Below, piece by piece: positions 1 through 10,134 of a DNA stretch of 64,000 nucleotides. The translations under genes were made by a program, and so were the position numbers. Within the stretch, counting starts at the first letter, position 1. Each line of letters opens with the position of its first letter. Below the pieces are notes generated by a model that saw only the letters and a program-made list of their open reading frames with translations, was not told where the DNA came from and made no database searches. The stretch lies in assembly GCA_965215515.1 (NCBI GenBank), contig OZ244057.1:1824001-1888000 (forward strand), in the 5' to 3' direction. The stretch is from Oligoflexales bacterium (GTDB lineage Bacteria; Bdellovibrionota_B; Oligoflexia; Oligoflexales; JAPPIL01).

Positions 1-67
1 ACATCGTGGTGCAACTAAGCGATACGGTTGCAATAGTGAGTAAATAAAAAAACTGCATTAGCATGCC

Positions 68-3040
68 TCATTTAGAAAATTGAAAGAAATTAGAGCTGTC
101 CAAGTTTTGGAAATCGAGGGCGTTCTTAGCTAACCAGGTAATTTGGTCCGCGACCAAAGGGGTAGCTTTTCCAGATCGTGTCATCCGCATCGATGTATCA
201 TGGGCATGACGAATGGTATTTTTGATGGTATTTACCATGTTATTTTTTTTGCGTACAAATGGATCAACTATGTGCCCTGATAGGGTGTCTGCGATATTTA
301 TCTTCTCTATATTGACAAGATATTTTTCGCTAAAGCGCGCTAGTTGGTAGAGGGCATTGATACAGATAGTGCTGCGGTTTAGCTCACAAACGCGTTCATA
401 GGTAGCCTTGCCCTTGTTGAAGGGCAAAAATTTTTGTTGTAAATAGCCTTGGATGTTTTTAGATTGCAACACTTCGTGTTCCTTAACTTCGGGAATAAAT
501 ATTTTCCGTGCCTTGACCAAAGTAATCAAGGCAAGTGCATCGTTGAAGAAACGCTTATTGCTGGCAAAAATTCGTTCACGAAGAATTTGTTTTTCAAGTA
601 GTAGTAGTTGCTTATAATCGTGTACAGCAACTTTGTCTAGTTGTCTTTTACCGATAGTTAGAGCTACCTTGTAGTAGTAGGCGCGTCCCAAATCATCGTT
701 GCTAGCGATGTTTGCGGTGATGACATTATTAATTTTTGTCGTGGCATTTTTGATACTGCCGTGTCTGAATTCCAGCTCAATCGCTTGCATCGCCGCTTCT
801 GTACGTTGAGCTGCGTTCAGGTGTAACGATTTTTGTAGTAACGATAACTCACTGATGGCTGCGTAGTAATTGCCTTGTGACTGATACAAAGCGATTAGCT
901 TTTTCCTGACACGTGGTTCGGCGCGATCATTTTGGTAATTTTTTAAAAAGCGATTGTAAAAGTAGACAGCGTGATTTTCCTCTGCCATGATACCTGCGTA
1001 GTGTCCACCTTCCAACAAGGCTTGGCGCAGGTGTTTTGCGCGGGGATAGTTTACCACATAATCGGTCAAAGTTGTGAAAAAACTCTCGAATTGTTTTGTT
1101 TTTTTGTACAACCTAGCCAATTGCCAGGTGACAAATTCAAGTCGTGGTGCTCTTCGGAAGGTTTTGTATTCAGAAAATTTAGCGATAGCAATTTTATCTA
1201 GCCCCTTCTGTTGTGCAATAATGCCTTGTTGCAGTAAAGCTTTAGCTAGCTTGTCGTCAACATTACCTTGTTTGAGGGGAATTTTTACTTCTCTTTCCAG
1301 CAAGAGGCGGGAAATTTTTTCCAGTGAGACCCAGCGTTGTTCAGTTTCGTACCAATCTAACAAATATGCGGAAGCTCTTCTTGCATTAGCATGATCAGAA
1401 TCAGCAACGACGGCTCTGTTCCATAACACTGCGGCGGTGCTGCTTTTATCAGCCGCGATAAGCAGCAAGCCGAGATGTGCTTTGCTTTGCCAATCAACTT
1501 CAGGATGCAAGCTATCGAGTTTGCGGTACATGCCACGCAATGAGTGATAATCATTGATATGTTTGGCAGGAATTGTCAGCCGTGTATCGAAGCGTGGCTC
1601 GGCACTATAATTTAAGTAAGTGCTTTGCGCGGTGATTGCCCTATGCAAATATTTTTTCTTGTGTTCAGTATCTCTAACCAGTACCATCCAAGTGTCAGCA
1701 CTGCGTTCATGTGCGTTCATTTTTGTGTAGACCGCCGCAACGTTCTCATAGGCGAGCACTTTTTGGTCAGGGTAAATAGATACTAGACGTTTAGCAATAG
1801 CGATTGCTTGCTGTTTCCTTTTTACAGGGTAGTTGGCAGCTTGTGCTCTAGTAAGCTCTTGCGTAACGAACTTGCTGTGCACTTGCTTGAGATATGCAGC
1901 TGCCAAACCACCGAGTGGTGGTTGTTTATTCTTTTTTTGTTCCGCAAGATAATCACGATGCAAGCGATGCAGAGCATTGTCAAAATGCTTGCTATTACGA
2001 GCTTCGACGGTGTGCATCTTTGCCAACAGCAGATACTGCTTGTAGAGCTTTTGGCGATACTCTTTAACATGTGTATCTTTTGCTAATTTGTAATAAGCAT
2101 CGATAGCACGGCGATTGCGTCCTTGATGCCAGTCACTGAGTGCCGCACGTTCGATCAATGCTCTCGTTGCCTTGAGGTTGCGAAAATTTTGTAGCTTAAT
2201 AGGGGGTGTATTCCAATTTTGCTTATTCCCACTTGCTCTGCGCCACAACCTTACACTAAAGACCAGCAATTCACGCTTGTGATGTTTAGATAGTGCAGCT
2301 GCTCGTGCTGAAGCTTTATAGAGTGCATCGTTAGATTTTGCTTGTGGCTGCGATGTTGCCATCGCTTCACCTAGATAGGCGACGATCGCGATGTTACGAT
2401 TGTTAGCACGTTGGTAGCGGCGCAGCGTTTTTATGTCGATAGGCGATTGCTGTAAAGCAACTAATAATCGTGCTCTCTGTTGTAATCTTTGTGGTAGCAA
2501 ACGATAGTCACTGCGTGCTAATTCATCGACGATAGCATGTCTAGTTGCGGCAGTGTTGGCGAGAAAATAACGTGCCATGTGTTTGTGATAAAGAATATGT
2601 GCAACACTTTTCTTGCTTTTCGCTTGGGGCAAAAGCTTGTTGGCAAGGGCGACGATGTTTCTACGTGTTGCGTGCACTCTGTTACGCACTTCTTGTCTCT
2701 CGCGTACATCTTCTAGTTTGCCGTGTATAGTTTGTACATCTCGGTGCAGCAACTTAGCGTAAGCTGTGAGTAGTTCGGCAAGTAGCATCCTAGCAGTGCT
2801 GCGTTTGGTGTCGCGCAATTCTTTCTTCAACTTATTTATTTGTTTTATAAATTTTTTTGCTGGTGCTGTGTTTTGTCGTGAGTTTTTGTCTGCCAGCAGT
2901 GCTACCTCTAATAAAGGAATGTGGGCTACTTTATCATCAGCAAGCGGTATGATCGGTGTGATTCGTCGTTTATTGTTGTTCGACCAGTTGTTAAAGCCTA
3001 CCAGCACTGAAGCGATGGTCAGCAAATACAGAAATTTCAA
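68..3040 (-). CDS. Large exported alpha-helical TPR-like protein
   Basis: 990 aa ORF with N-terminal hydrophobic signal and TPR-like helical pairs (e.g. FFTTLTDYVVNYPRAK, YNRFLKNYQND); resembles gliding-associated TPR proteins but not assigned. Confidence 0.65.
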   Translation of the reverse strand: MKFLYLLTIASVLVGFNNWSNNNKRRITPIIPLADDKVAHIPLLEVALLADKNSRQNTAPAKKFIKQINKLKKELRDTKRSTARMLLAELLTAYAKLLHRDVQTIHGKLEDVRERQEVRNRVHATRRNIVALANKLLPQAKSKKSVAHILYHKHMARYFLANTAATRHAIVDELARSDYRLLPQRLQQRARLLVALQQSPIDIKTLRRYQRANNRNIAIVAYLGEAMATSQPQAKSNDALYKASARAAALSKHHKRELLVFSVRLWRRASGNKQNWNTPPIKLQNFRNLKATRALIERAALSDWHQGRNRRAIDAYYKLAKDTHVKEYRQKLYKQYLLLAKMHTVEARNSKHFDNALHRLHRDYLAEQKKNKQPPLGGLAAAYLKQVHSKFVTQELTRAQAANYPVKRKQQAIAIAKRLVSIYPDQKVLAYENVAAVYTKMNAHERSADTWMVLVRDTEHKKKYLHRAITAQSTYLNYSAEPRFDTRLTIPAKHINDYHSLRGMYRKLDSLHPEVDWQSKAHLGLLLIAADKSSTAAVLWNRAVVADSDHANARRASAYLLDWYETEQRWVSLEKISRLLLEREVKIPLKQGNVDDKLAKALLQQGIIAQQKGLDKIAIAKFSEYKTFRRAPRLEFVTWQLARLYKKTKQFESFFTTLTDYVVNYPRAKHLRQALLEGGHYAGIMAEENHAVYFYNRFLKNYQNDRAEPRVRKKLIALYQSQGNYYAAISELSLLQKSLHLNAAQRTEAAMQAIELEFRHGSIKNATTKINNVITANIASNDDLGRAYYYKVALTIGKRQLDKVAVHDYKQLLLLEKQILRERIFASNKRFFNDALALITLVKARKIFIPEVKEHEVLQSKNIQGYLQQKFLPFNKGKATYERVCELNRSTICINALYQLARFSEKYLVNIEKINIADTLSGHIVDPFVRKKNNMVNTIKNTIRHAHDTSMRMTRSGKATPLVADQITWLAKNALDFQNLDSSNFFQFSK

Positions 3041-3207
3041 TGTCCTGTCCTCTCAAATTGACAATGCGCGAAAAATTTTCGCCGCACTACCCTGTGCAAT
3101 AAGTGTTCCGCTGGTAATCATTGACAAAATTTCCTTCTCGGGGTGTCACTAGCACCGACATTGTTTATTTTTTTGACACTTTAAATTTTGCGCGTCTCTC
3201 GGCCGTC

Positions 3208-3234
3208 TTATCGGTGGATAGTAGCTAAAATTTG
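3208..3234 (-). promoter_or_regulatory. Sigma-28 (FliA)-like promoter
   Basis: Minus strand reads CAAA-N15-ACCGATAA upstream of the TPR gene. Confidence 0.55.
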
Positions 3235-3313
3235 AGTTCGCAGGTGGGGTTCTTTCCTTCTTCCTCTTTTCTTTTTCATCTGGGGGGTGTCGGGGGCGTA
3301 GTCTCTGACGTTA

Positions 3314-3370
3314 TTGAGTTTTTGCTCCAACTTTTTGCAAAAAGTTGTGCGGGGTTTGGGCGCGCCCAAG
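3314..3370. repeat. Palindromic REP/MITE-like intergenic repeat, copy A
   Basis: Contains the palindrome CAACTTTTTGCAAAAAGTTG; near-identical inverted copy at 40630-40688. Confidence 0.75.
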
Positions 3371-3380
3371 TATCCTTTGT

Positions 3381-5195
3381 TCATCCTGTGATTTTTTCTT
3401 TAATTGCGTGTGCCACGCGCTTTGACATACCTGGTATGGTCAGCAAATCTGTGATGCTTGCTTGTTGCAGGGCGGCACGGGTGGAAAATTTTTGCAGCAG
3501 GCGTTGGTGCAGCACTTTGCCTACGCCAGGGATATCGGTCAGGGGCGAGGCATGGCTGATTTTGCTGCGCAGGCGGCGGTGATAGGCGCGTGCGAAGCGG
3601 TGGGCTTCATCGCGGAGGTGCGTCAAAATTTTGAATGCAGGTGATGTCGGTGGTAAGGGCAGAGCTGTGTTGCGGGAGGGGATAAAAACTCGTTCACCTT
3701 TGTCGTGTGTATATGCCACGGAGTGTTGTCGGCGGTTTTTAGCCAGCGCGGCTAGGGCAATGTCTGTATAGCCCCATGCGGTGCATGCTTGTTGTGCCGC
3801 GTGTAGTTGTCCTTTCCCACCGTCGATGAGCAATAAGTCAAAATGGTCGTCATCGCGTGCGAGACGCGTTAATCTGCGCCGCACAACTTCCGCAATCGCG
3901 CCGTAGTCGTCGGGTTTCGTAGCTGTCTCAGCCAGCTTGTATCTGCGATAAAGGTCGGGCTGCGGTTTGCCATCGCTAAAGCACACTAACGAGGCAACGA
4001 TGGCGCTGTGTTGAAAATTAGAAATATCAAGACATTCGATACGGTGCGGCAAATGCTTGAGTTTGAGTAGTTCTTGCACCGCGCGTAATTCCGCGTCATA
4101 ATCTCGTCCACCTTGTCGCAATTGAAAGATGGCGTTTTTATGCGCTAAGGCTAATAAACGCCCCTCATCACTTGTGCTGTTAGTGTCTGTGTTTACAACT
4201 ACAGTGCAATTGCGTGCCTGCAAGGCAGCGAACAACACTTGCTCCAACGAAAAAGGCAGCAAGATGTGTGCAGGCAGGGGACGATGTTCGTAATATTGTA
4301 AAAGAAACTCTGCCAGTACTTGCTCTTTGTTTTCTAACAAGCTCATGACACGAAAATAATCATGTCCTAAGATGCAGCCGTCACGCACCGTTAATACATA
4401 TAACAAGGCTTTAGCACAATGAATGTCGATGCCAAACACATCGGCATCTATGTCGCTGCTTAGTACTACTGTGCGTTTTTGGGTGGCATGTTGTAAAGCT
4501 TGCATTTGGTCGCGCAGACGTGCTGCCAATTCAAACTTTTCCTCCTGTGCTGCCTGTCGCATTGCCTTGTCTAAATTTGTGGCAACTGCATGTGTTTTGC
4601 CATGCAGCACATCCATTACGCGTGCCATCATGTGCAGATAGTCTTGACGCGGCACATGGAAATGGCAAGGAGCAAGACACATCTTCATTTGATAATAATT
4701 GCAGGGACGTGTCACGTGTTTAAACTGATAGCGTGAACATCTGACCAGCGGAAAAACCCGCTGCACAAGATTAAGCAATAAGTTTAAATTTTTGACGCTG
4801 CCATAAGGGCCGAAATAAACTGCCTCATCGTCTTTTTTTTGTCGCACTTTTTCAAGGCGCGGCCATTGTTCTTGCAGATTAATTCGTAGCCAAGGGAATT
4901 CTTTGTCATCCCGCAAGAGTACATTGTAGCGTGGCTTTTGATGTTTAATTAACGTGCGTTCGAGTAACAATGCCTCGATCTCATCGCTGGTAAGGATTAT
5001 CTCAAAATCACAAACTTCTTTCACTAATGCTTTGATTTTTAAATTGGCAATTGTCGCGACAAAATAAGTACGTAAACGATTGCGCAGATTTTTAGCTTTA
5101 CCTACATAGATAATTTTGCCGCGATGGTTTTTCATCAAGTAGACCCCGCTTTGTGTGGGCATAGTGCTGGCTTTATGGTGAAGGGGGTTAGTCAT
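3381..5195 (-). CDS. uvrC: Excinuclease ABC subunit C
   Basis: GIY-YIG (GVYLM..IIYVGKAKNLRNR), UVR domain, RNaseH-like DISN/LLIDGGKGQL, C-terminal HhH. Confidence 0.97.
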   Translation of the reverse strand: MTNPLHHKASTMPTQSGVYLMKNHRGKIIYVGKAKNLRNRLRTYFVATIANLKIKALVKEVCDFEIILTSDEIEALLLERTLIKHQKPRYNVLLRDDKEFPWLRINLQEQWPRLEKVRQKKDDEAVYFGPYGSVKNLNLLLNLVQRVFPLVRCSRYQFKHVTRPCNYYQMKMCLAPCHFHVPRQDYLHMMARVMDVLHGKTHAVATNLDKAMRQAAQEEKFELAARLRDQMQALQHATQKRTVVLSSDIDADVFGIDIHCAKALLYVLTVRDGCILGHDYFRVMSLLENKEQVLAEFLLQYYEHRPLPAHILLPFSLEQVLFAALQARNCTVVVNTDTNSTSDEGRLLALAHKNAIFQLRQGGRDYDAELRAVQELLKLKHLPHRIECLDISNFQHSAIVASLVCFSDGKPQPDLYRRYKLAETATKPDDYGAIAEVVRRRLTRLARDDDHFDLLLIDGGKGQLHAAQQACTAWGYTDIALAALAKNRRQHSVAYTHDKGERVFIPSRNTALPLPPTSPAFKILTHLRDEAHRFARAYHRRLRSKISHASPLTDIPGVGKVLHQRLLQKFSTRAALQQASITDLLTIPGMSKRVAHAIKEKITG

Positions 5196-7171
5196 TTTAA
5201 CAACATCAGGCGTAGGGTTTGGATTTCGTCCCGTAACTCAGCGGCTTTCTCAAAATCAAGTGATGCGGCTGCTTTACGCATAGCGCGTGTCTTGCGCACG
5301 ATGCTTTTTTCAACTTCACTGCTACTGACCGCCGCGGTTGCTGCTGTTGCGGGTTGTCTGAGGCCAAAAATTTCGCGCAAATCTTGCGGTAAGTCTTTGG
5401 TGACGGTGCGCGGGGTGATCTTGTGTTTACGGTTGTGAGCCAGCTGTAAGGCACGACGGCGTTCAGTTTCGGCGACACAGGAATTTATCGATTGTGTGCG
5501 GCGATCGGCATAAAAAATTACTCGTGCCGCCTCATTACGTGCGGCCCGCCCGACGATTTGAATCAACGAAGTCCTAGAACGCAAGAAACCTTCTTTATCG
5601 GCATCCATCACCGCTACCAACTGTACTTCTGGTAAGTCAAGACCTTCGCGCAAAAGATTGATACCGACCAGAACATCATATTCTCCTTTACGTAAATCCC
5701 TGAGCAACGCGGCACGCGCAAGGCTGTCAATGTCAGCATGCAAATAGCGAATTCTTGCCCCAAAATCTTGATAATAACGGGTAAGTTCCTCCGCCATTTT
5801 TTTAGTCAGAGTGGTTACTAAGACACGACCTTTAGCTTGTACCGTTTTGTTAATTTCACCGAGAAAATCATCTATCTGCCCACGTGCGGGGCGTATCTCA
5901 ATCTGCGGGTCAACCAAACCTGTGGGGCGAATAATCAACTCGCTATAACGCCCGTTAGCCTGCTGCTGTTCCCATGCTGCAGGAGTGGCAGAAATGTAAA
6001 GGAGCTGGTCAGTTCTAGCGAGGAACTCCACAAAATTTAAGGGACGATTGTCCAGTGCAGAAGGTAAACGAAAACCATGATCAACCAGTGTTTGTTTGCG
6101 AGAACGATCACCGAAGAACATGCCACGCAGTTGTGGCACCGCGATGTGGCTTTCATCGATGATAGTCAAAAATTTTTGCGGAAAATAATCGAGTAGCGTC
6201 GGTGGTGGCTCGCCAGGAGCAACGCCTGTGAGATAACGAGAATAATTTTCAATACCAGGGCAAAAACCGAGCTGCTCCAGCGTCTCCACATCTTGTAAGA
6301 TGCGTTGCTCAAGCCTTTGATATTCAACGAGTTTACCTGCATTTTTGAATTCACGTAAACGCACACCGAGATCGGCGAGAATTTCTTGCACAATGGCACT
6401 GAGCTTAGTACGCTCAGTAATATAATGACTGTTGGGGTAGAGAGTGAGGCGATCAACTGCCTGTAGTTCTTTGCCACTTAAAACATCAAGCGTGGTAATG
6501 CTTTCGATGTGGTCGCCGTAAAATTCAACACGTATTGCCTCTCGATCCTGATGGGCCGGCAAAATATCAACTACATCACCGCGAACCCGAAAATTTCCTC
6601 GTCCCAAATCATAATCGTTGCGAGTATATTGAATATCGATCAACTCGCTGAGTAAGGTATTGCGTGCTAGCTCCCGTCCTACCTGCAAAGGACACACTAA
6701 CTGTGCGTAGTTCTCAGGCGACCCCAAGCCATAGATGCAACTTACGCTGGCGACAATAATTGTGTCTTTGCATTCAAACAAAGCACGGGTTGCTTGGTGA
6801 CGCATTTTGTCGATATCATCGTTAATCGACGCGTCTTTGGCAATATAGGTGTCGGTATTTACCACATAAGCTTCGGGCTGATAGTAGTCGTAGTAGCTGA
6901 TAAAAAACTCGACATGATTGTGTGGAAAAAATTCTTTCAACTCGGTAAACAACTGTGCAGCCAGTGTTTTATTGGGAGCAATGATCATCGCGGGACGGTT
7001 GTAGTGTGCGATGATACTGGCAACGGTGAAGGTTTTGCCTGAACCCGTTACGCCGAGAATGCCCTGATGCTTTTTCTCCTGCCGCAAATGCCGCAAAGTC
7101 TGCTCGATGGCACGTGGCTGGTCACCCGCCGCAGCGAAAGGTGCGTTGAGTTTGAAGATAGAATCAGACAT
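5192..7171 (-). CDS. uvrB: Excinuclease ABC subunit B
   Basis: GVTGSGKT, SYYDYYQPEAY, DESH, LLREGLDLPEV, C-terminal UVR. Confidence 0.98.
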   Translation of the reverse strand: MSDSIFKLNAPFAAAGDQPRAIEQTLRHLRQEKKHQGILGVTGSGKTFTVASIIAHYNRPAMIIAPNKTLAAQLFTELKEFFPHNHVEFFISYYDYYQPEAYVVNTDTYIAKDASINDDIDKMRHQATRALFECKDTIIVASVSCIYGLGSPENYAQLVCPLQVGRELARNTLLSELIDIQYTRNDYDLGRGNFRVRGDVVDILPAHQDREAIRVEFYGDHIESITTLDVLSGKELQAVDRLTLYPNSHYITERTKLSAIVQEILADLGVRLREFKNAGKLVEYQRLEQRILQDVETLEQLGFCPGIENYSRYLTGVAPGEPPPTLLDYFPQKFLTIIDESHIAVPQLRGMFFGDRSRKQTLVDHGFRLPSALDNRPLNFVEFLARTDQLLYISATPAAWEQQQANGRYSELIIRPTGLVDPQIEIRPARGQIDDFLGEINKTVQAKGRVLVTTLTKKMAEELTRYYQDFGARIRYLHADIDSLARAALLRDLRKGEYDVLVGINLLREGLDLPEVQLVAVMDADKEGFLRSRTSLIQIVGRAARNEAARVIFYADRRTQSINSCVAETERRRALQLAHNRKHKITPRTVTKDLPQDLREIFGLRQPATAATAAVSSSEVEKSIVRKTRAMRKAAASLDFEKAAELRDEIQTLRLMLLK

Positions 7172-7276
7172 CGGTTATTTTGTGTGCCAAGAAAGCACGA
7201 TACACATCACTTAAGCCTGGCACTCTCCAAGCTAGCACTCTGTTGTCCCCCACGTCAACGCCATTTTGCCCAGACT

Positions 7277-8740
7277 TTACGATTTTTTTGTTTTTTCGAT
7301 GAGGGTATCTGTTTTTATTTTTATTTTTTTATCTTGATAAGCGGCGGCAAAGGCATCTAAAATTTCTGGATCATAGAGGTCGGTATCGCTCAGTAGTTTT
7401 TCCAGTGCTTCTTTTTCTGTCATAAAACCCGAATAAGCACGCCCTGAGACCATCGCGTCAAAACTATCTGCGACTGCAATGATGCGAGCAAAGAAAGGAA
7501 TATCTTCACCTGCTAAACCATCTGGGTATCCTGTGCCGTTCCAGCGTTCGTGGTGGTAAGTAATACCAGAGATGAAATCGGCTGAGTTGGGAATATTGGC
7601 AATTATTTCTGCTCCGAGGATAGGATGTTGTTTCATTTCTTCGTATTCGTCGTTGCGCAATATAGAGGTTTTTTTGAGAATGCTGTCAGGAATTCCTATT
7701 TTACCGATATCGTGACATAAGGCACTGGCGAGCAGATTTTGTTTGGTCGTGTTGTCTAACCCTAACACCTGTGCCATCGCCAGTGAATAACGTCCTACTC
7801 TTTCTGAATGTCCCATCGTATAAGTATCCTTTTCTTCAAGAGTGCGAGTGATACTCTTCACCATACTCATGCTCCAATTATTGAGGGCACGATGTAGAGC
7901 CAACATCTCAAAATGTGCGGCGCAGCGGTTTAATAAAGCTTGTACCGTACCGAGCATTGCCACCGTCTCTGCTTGTTCCGCTTTAGCAAACTCCAAGTGT
8001 GCCAAGCCCCTCGTTTTACCCAGCAGTAGCATCGGTAATATGGCAATGTTAGAATAATCTGTGCTGAGAAACAACGCTTGCTGGCGATTAATTACCTGTG
8101 CAAGATGTTCATTGCTGATTTTAAAATGTCCTTCCTCCTCCTGTCGGTATGTTCCGTGGATCAAAAGCGTTAAGCGTTGTGCTTTATCATCCCACGTGAA
8201 TAACACTGCTCTGACGAGTGCAGCTGTGCATAAATTTATACAAGATAATAGTTGTTGTGCAGCGTCATCAAGCCCCGCGCTAACCATTATGTTAGTGTGG
8301 TAGTTGTAGATAATCTGCCGCTGCTCAGCTTCTTTTTCACCCAACTCCACAATATGGTCAGGATTGAGGCGACGTAACAAAAAACCTCGCGGCGGTGGCG
8401 GGCGGTTGTTGAGTTCACTTAAGTCAAGTGATTCCTTGATGTGCTGTGCAGTGTTGGCAGAGTGCACGAAGGTAAGGGTTGTTGTGCCAATTTGTAACTG
8501 GTCGTTGTTTTTTAACACCGCATTGACAATTCTTTCCCCATTGAGATATGTGCCGTTTTTTGAGCCAAGGTCTTGCACGATGAATGAAATACCGCGTCTT
8601 TTTACCTTCAAATGAAAACGTGAGGCCGCGGGGTCGCTGACCACCACGCCATTGATGTTATCACGTCCCACCGCGACGGGAAATTCTTCCAAACGCACAC
8701 GACTGCTCTTCTCACCTTGTTGTACTAAAAAATATGACAT
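7277..8740 (-). CDS. FHA + GAF-like + HD-GYP cyclic dinucleotide phosphodiesterase
   Basis: FHA (VGRD, SRFH, GSKNGT), HDIGK, HHERWNGTGYPDGL; start set at ATG 8740. Confidence 0.88.
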   Translation of the reverse strand: MSYFLVQQGEKSSRVRLEEFPVAVGRDNINGVVVSDPAASRFHLKVKRRGISFIVQDLGSKNGTYLNGERIVNAVLKNNDQLQIGTTTLTFVHSANTAQHIKESLDLSELNNRPPPPRGFLLRRLNPDHIVELGEKEAEQRQIIYNYHTNIMVSAGLDDAAQQLLSCINLCTAALVRAVLFTWDDKAQRLTLLIHGTYRQEEEGHFKISNEHLAQVINRQQALFLSTDYSNIAILPMLLLGKTRGLAHLEFAKAEQAETVAMLGTVQALLNRCAAHFEMLALHRALNNWSMSMVKSITRTLEEKDTYTMGHSERVGRYSLAMAQVLGLDNTTKQNLLASALCHDIGKIGIPDSILKKTSILRNDEYEEMKQHPILGAEIIANIPNSADFISGITYHHERWNGTGYPDGLAGEDIPFFARIIAVADSFDAMVSGRAYSGFMTEKEALEKLLSDTDLYDPEILDAFAAAYQDKKIKIKTDTLIEKTKKS

Positions 8741-8765
8741 CAGCTGCCACCACCCCCGCACCGTC

Positions 8766-8792
8766 TTATCGGCTAAATTCTGGAGATATTTA
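8766..8792 (-). promoter_or_regulatory. Sigma-28 (FliA) promoter, perfect consensus
   Basis: Minus strand reads TAAA-tatctccagaattta(15)-GCCGATAA. Confidence 0.8.
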
Positions 8793-8804
8793 GCTTAATG
8801 TGGG

Positions 8805-9728
8805 TCAGTCAAGCTGGCTTGCCGCGTAATTGCGCACGTCGTTGATCTGCCAACGATAGAAAAAATCAATGGCACGGGAGAAACGCAGGGCAAACTTGAC
8901 ACGTCGATTGAGGTTAGCGCTGAGCTGAGCTGCAAGTTGGGAAGTGGCGGGAGTTTTTTTATCGGTGGCTGACAGGTAGCTGCGTAGGTAGTCTCCTGCT
9001 CCTCCTTTGCCGAGCACTTTGTGTCCGTGTGTATCGAAATCCTCGTAATACCAGAGGATAATTTTGTTGAGCACAAGCTTGCCGCGTTTTGCATCCCAAG
9101 ATAATTGTTTGCCCGCGTTGACGAAGGTGCGCATGTTCTCTTCCAGCATCTGCTCGACGTTGGCAGCTCGATAAGCTTGAGCGCGCAGTTTTGGACAGCT
9201 GCGGGCAGCACAGTTGACCGCCATGTGAATGCGAGGGTCGAGTGTTTTTATCCTCAGGGGTGCGAGTTTGCCACGTGCCTTGCCGCGCAGTAGGTTGTGT
9301 TCGATGTCGTCGAGGTTGACCTGTTGTCCAGCCAGTTTAACACGGTAGTCGCCGTTCCATATGTTGCCGCCACTGACTCGTAGACGGTTGATCGCAAGGC
9401 GCAAAAACTTCTCGGAGGTCAAGGACAGCTCGTTCTCCTGTGCGTAACGCAGGATAGCCTCGATCATGAAGGCGTTGTAGAGATTGATGTAGACAGCTTT
9501 CTTCGCCGTTTCCGACCACGACTCTATCGCCAACTGCCCGTGTGCCGCAAGGAAGGCGGTGAGTCGTTGTCGCTGTGCGGCGAAGCCGAGGTACGATACC
9601 GCCCCGCGCCGATCGACATGCTTGCTGACCAGCTCGTGCCATGCCTGCGCCAAGCTCGCCTCGTCCGTTGCAGGCAGGGGGGCGGCAAGCAGAGAGGTCA
9701 GCAGTAGGCATATCCTACGCAGCGCCAT
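8805..9728 (-). CDS. DUF547-domain exported protein
   Basis: Signal peptide, YINLYNA, LDDIEH, DPRIHMAVNCAARSCP. Confidence 0.88.
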   Translation of the reverse strand: MALRRICLLLTSLLAAPLPATDEASLAQAWHELVSKHVDRRGAVSYLGFAAQRQRLTAFLAAHGQLAIESWSETAKKAVYINLYNAFMIEAILRYAQENELSLTSEKFLRLAINRLRVSGGNIWNGDYRVKLAGQQVNLDDIEHNLLRGKARGKLAPLRIKTLDPRIHMAVNCAARSCPKLRAQAYRAANVEQMLEENMRTFVNAGKQLSWDAKRGKLVLNKIILWYYEDFDTHGHKVLGKGGAGDYLRSYLSATDKKTPATSQLAAQLSANLNRRVKFALRFSRAIDFFYRWQINDVRNYAASQLD

Positions 9729-9729
9729 G

Positions 9730-10032
9730 CTAGCGCTTATCGATGGCGGTTATTTCGACCTCCGAGCAGGGTTGTTTCCAACCTCTGGTGCGCTTGTAAT
9801 TCTTGCGCCGCTTGTATTTGAACACTACAACCTTCGGCTGGCGGCGATGTTTAAGCACCTTGCCGCGCACGGTCACGCCCGTGCCCTCCGCACTGTGCTC
9901 AGCATCGCGGTAAAATAAGACCTTGCCCAGTTCAATCTCACTGCCTTCACTTGCGGCAAGACGATCGACAACGATGCGATCACCCACCGCTACTCGATAC
10001 TGATGCCCACCGCTTTTTACCACCGCATACAC
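9730..10032 (-). CDS. rplU: 50S ribosomal protein L21
   Basis: MYAVVKSGGHQYRV...KVVVFKYKRRKNYKRTRG; AGGAGG upstream of the GTG. Confidence 0.95.
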   Translation of the reverse strand: MYAVVKSGGHQYRVAVGDRIVVDRLAASEGSEIELGKVLFYRDAEHSAEGTGVTVRGKVLKHRRQPKVVVFKYKRRKNYKRTRGWKQPCSEVEITAIDKR

Positions 10033-10134
10033 GAGAGACACTCCTCCTTACCACGCAAGCGCGTGAACCTAGCACGAAAGCAAACGAGATGCCACAATTT
10101 TTTCCTGAGTTCCGCGTCTGCGCCCGTGCTGTTG

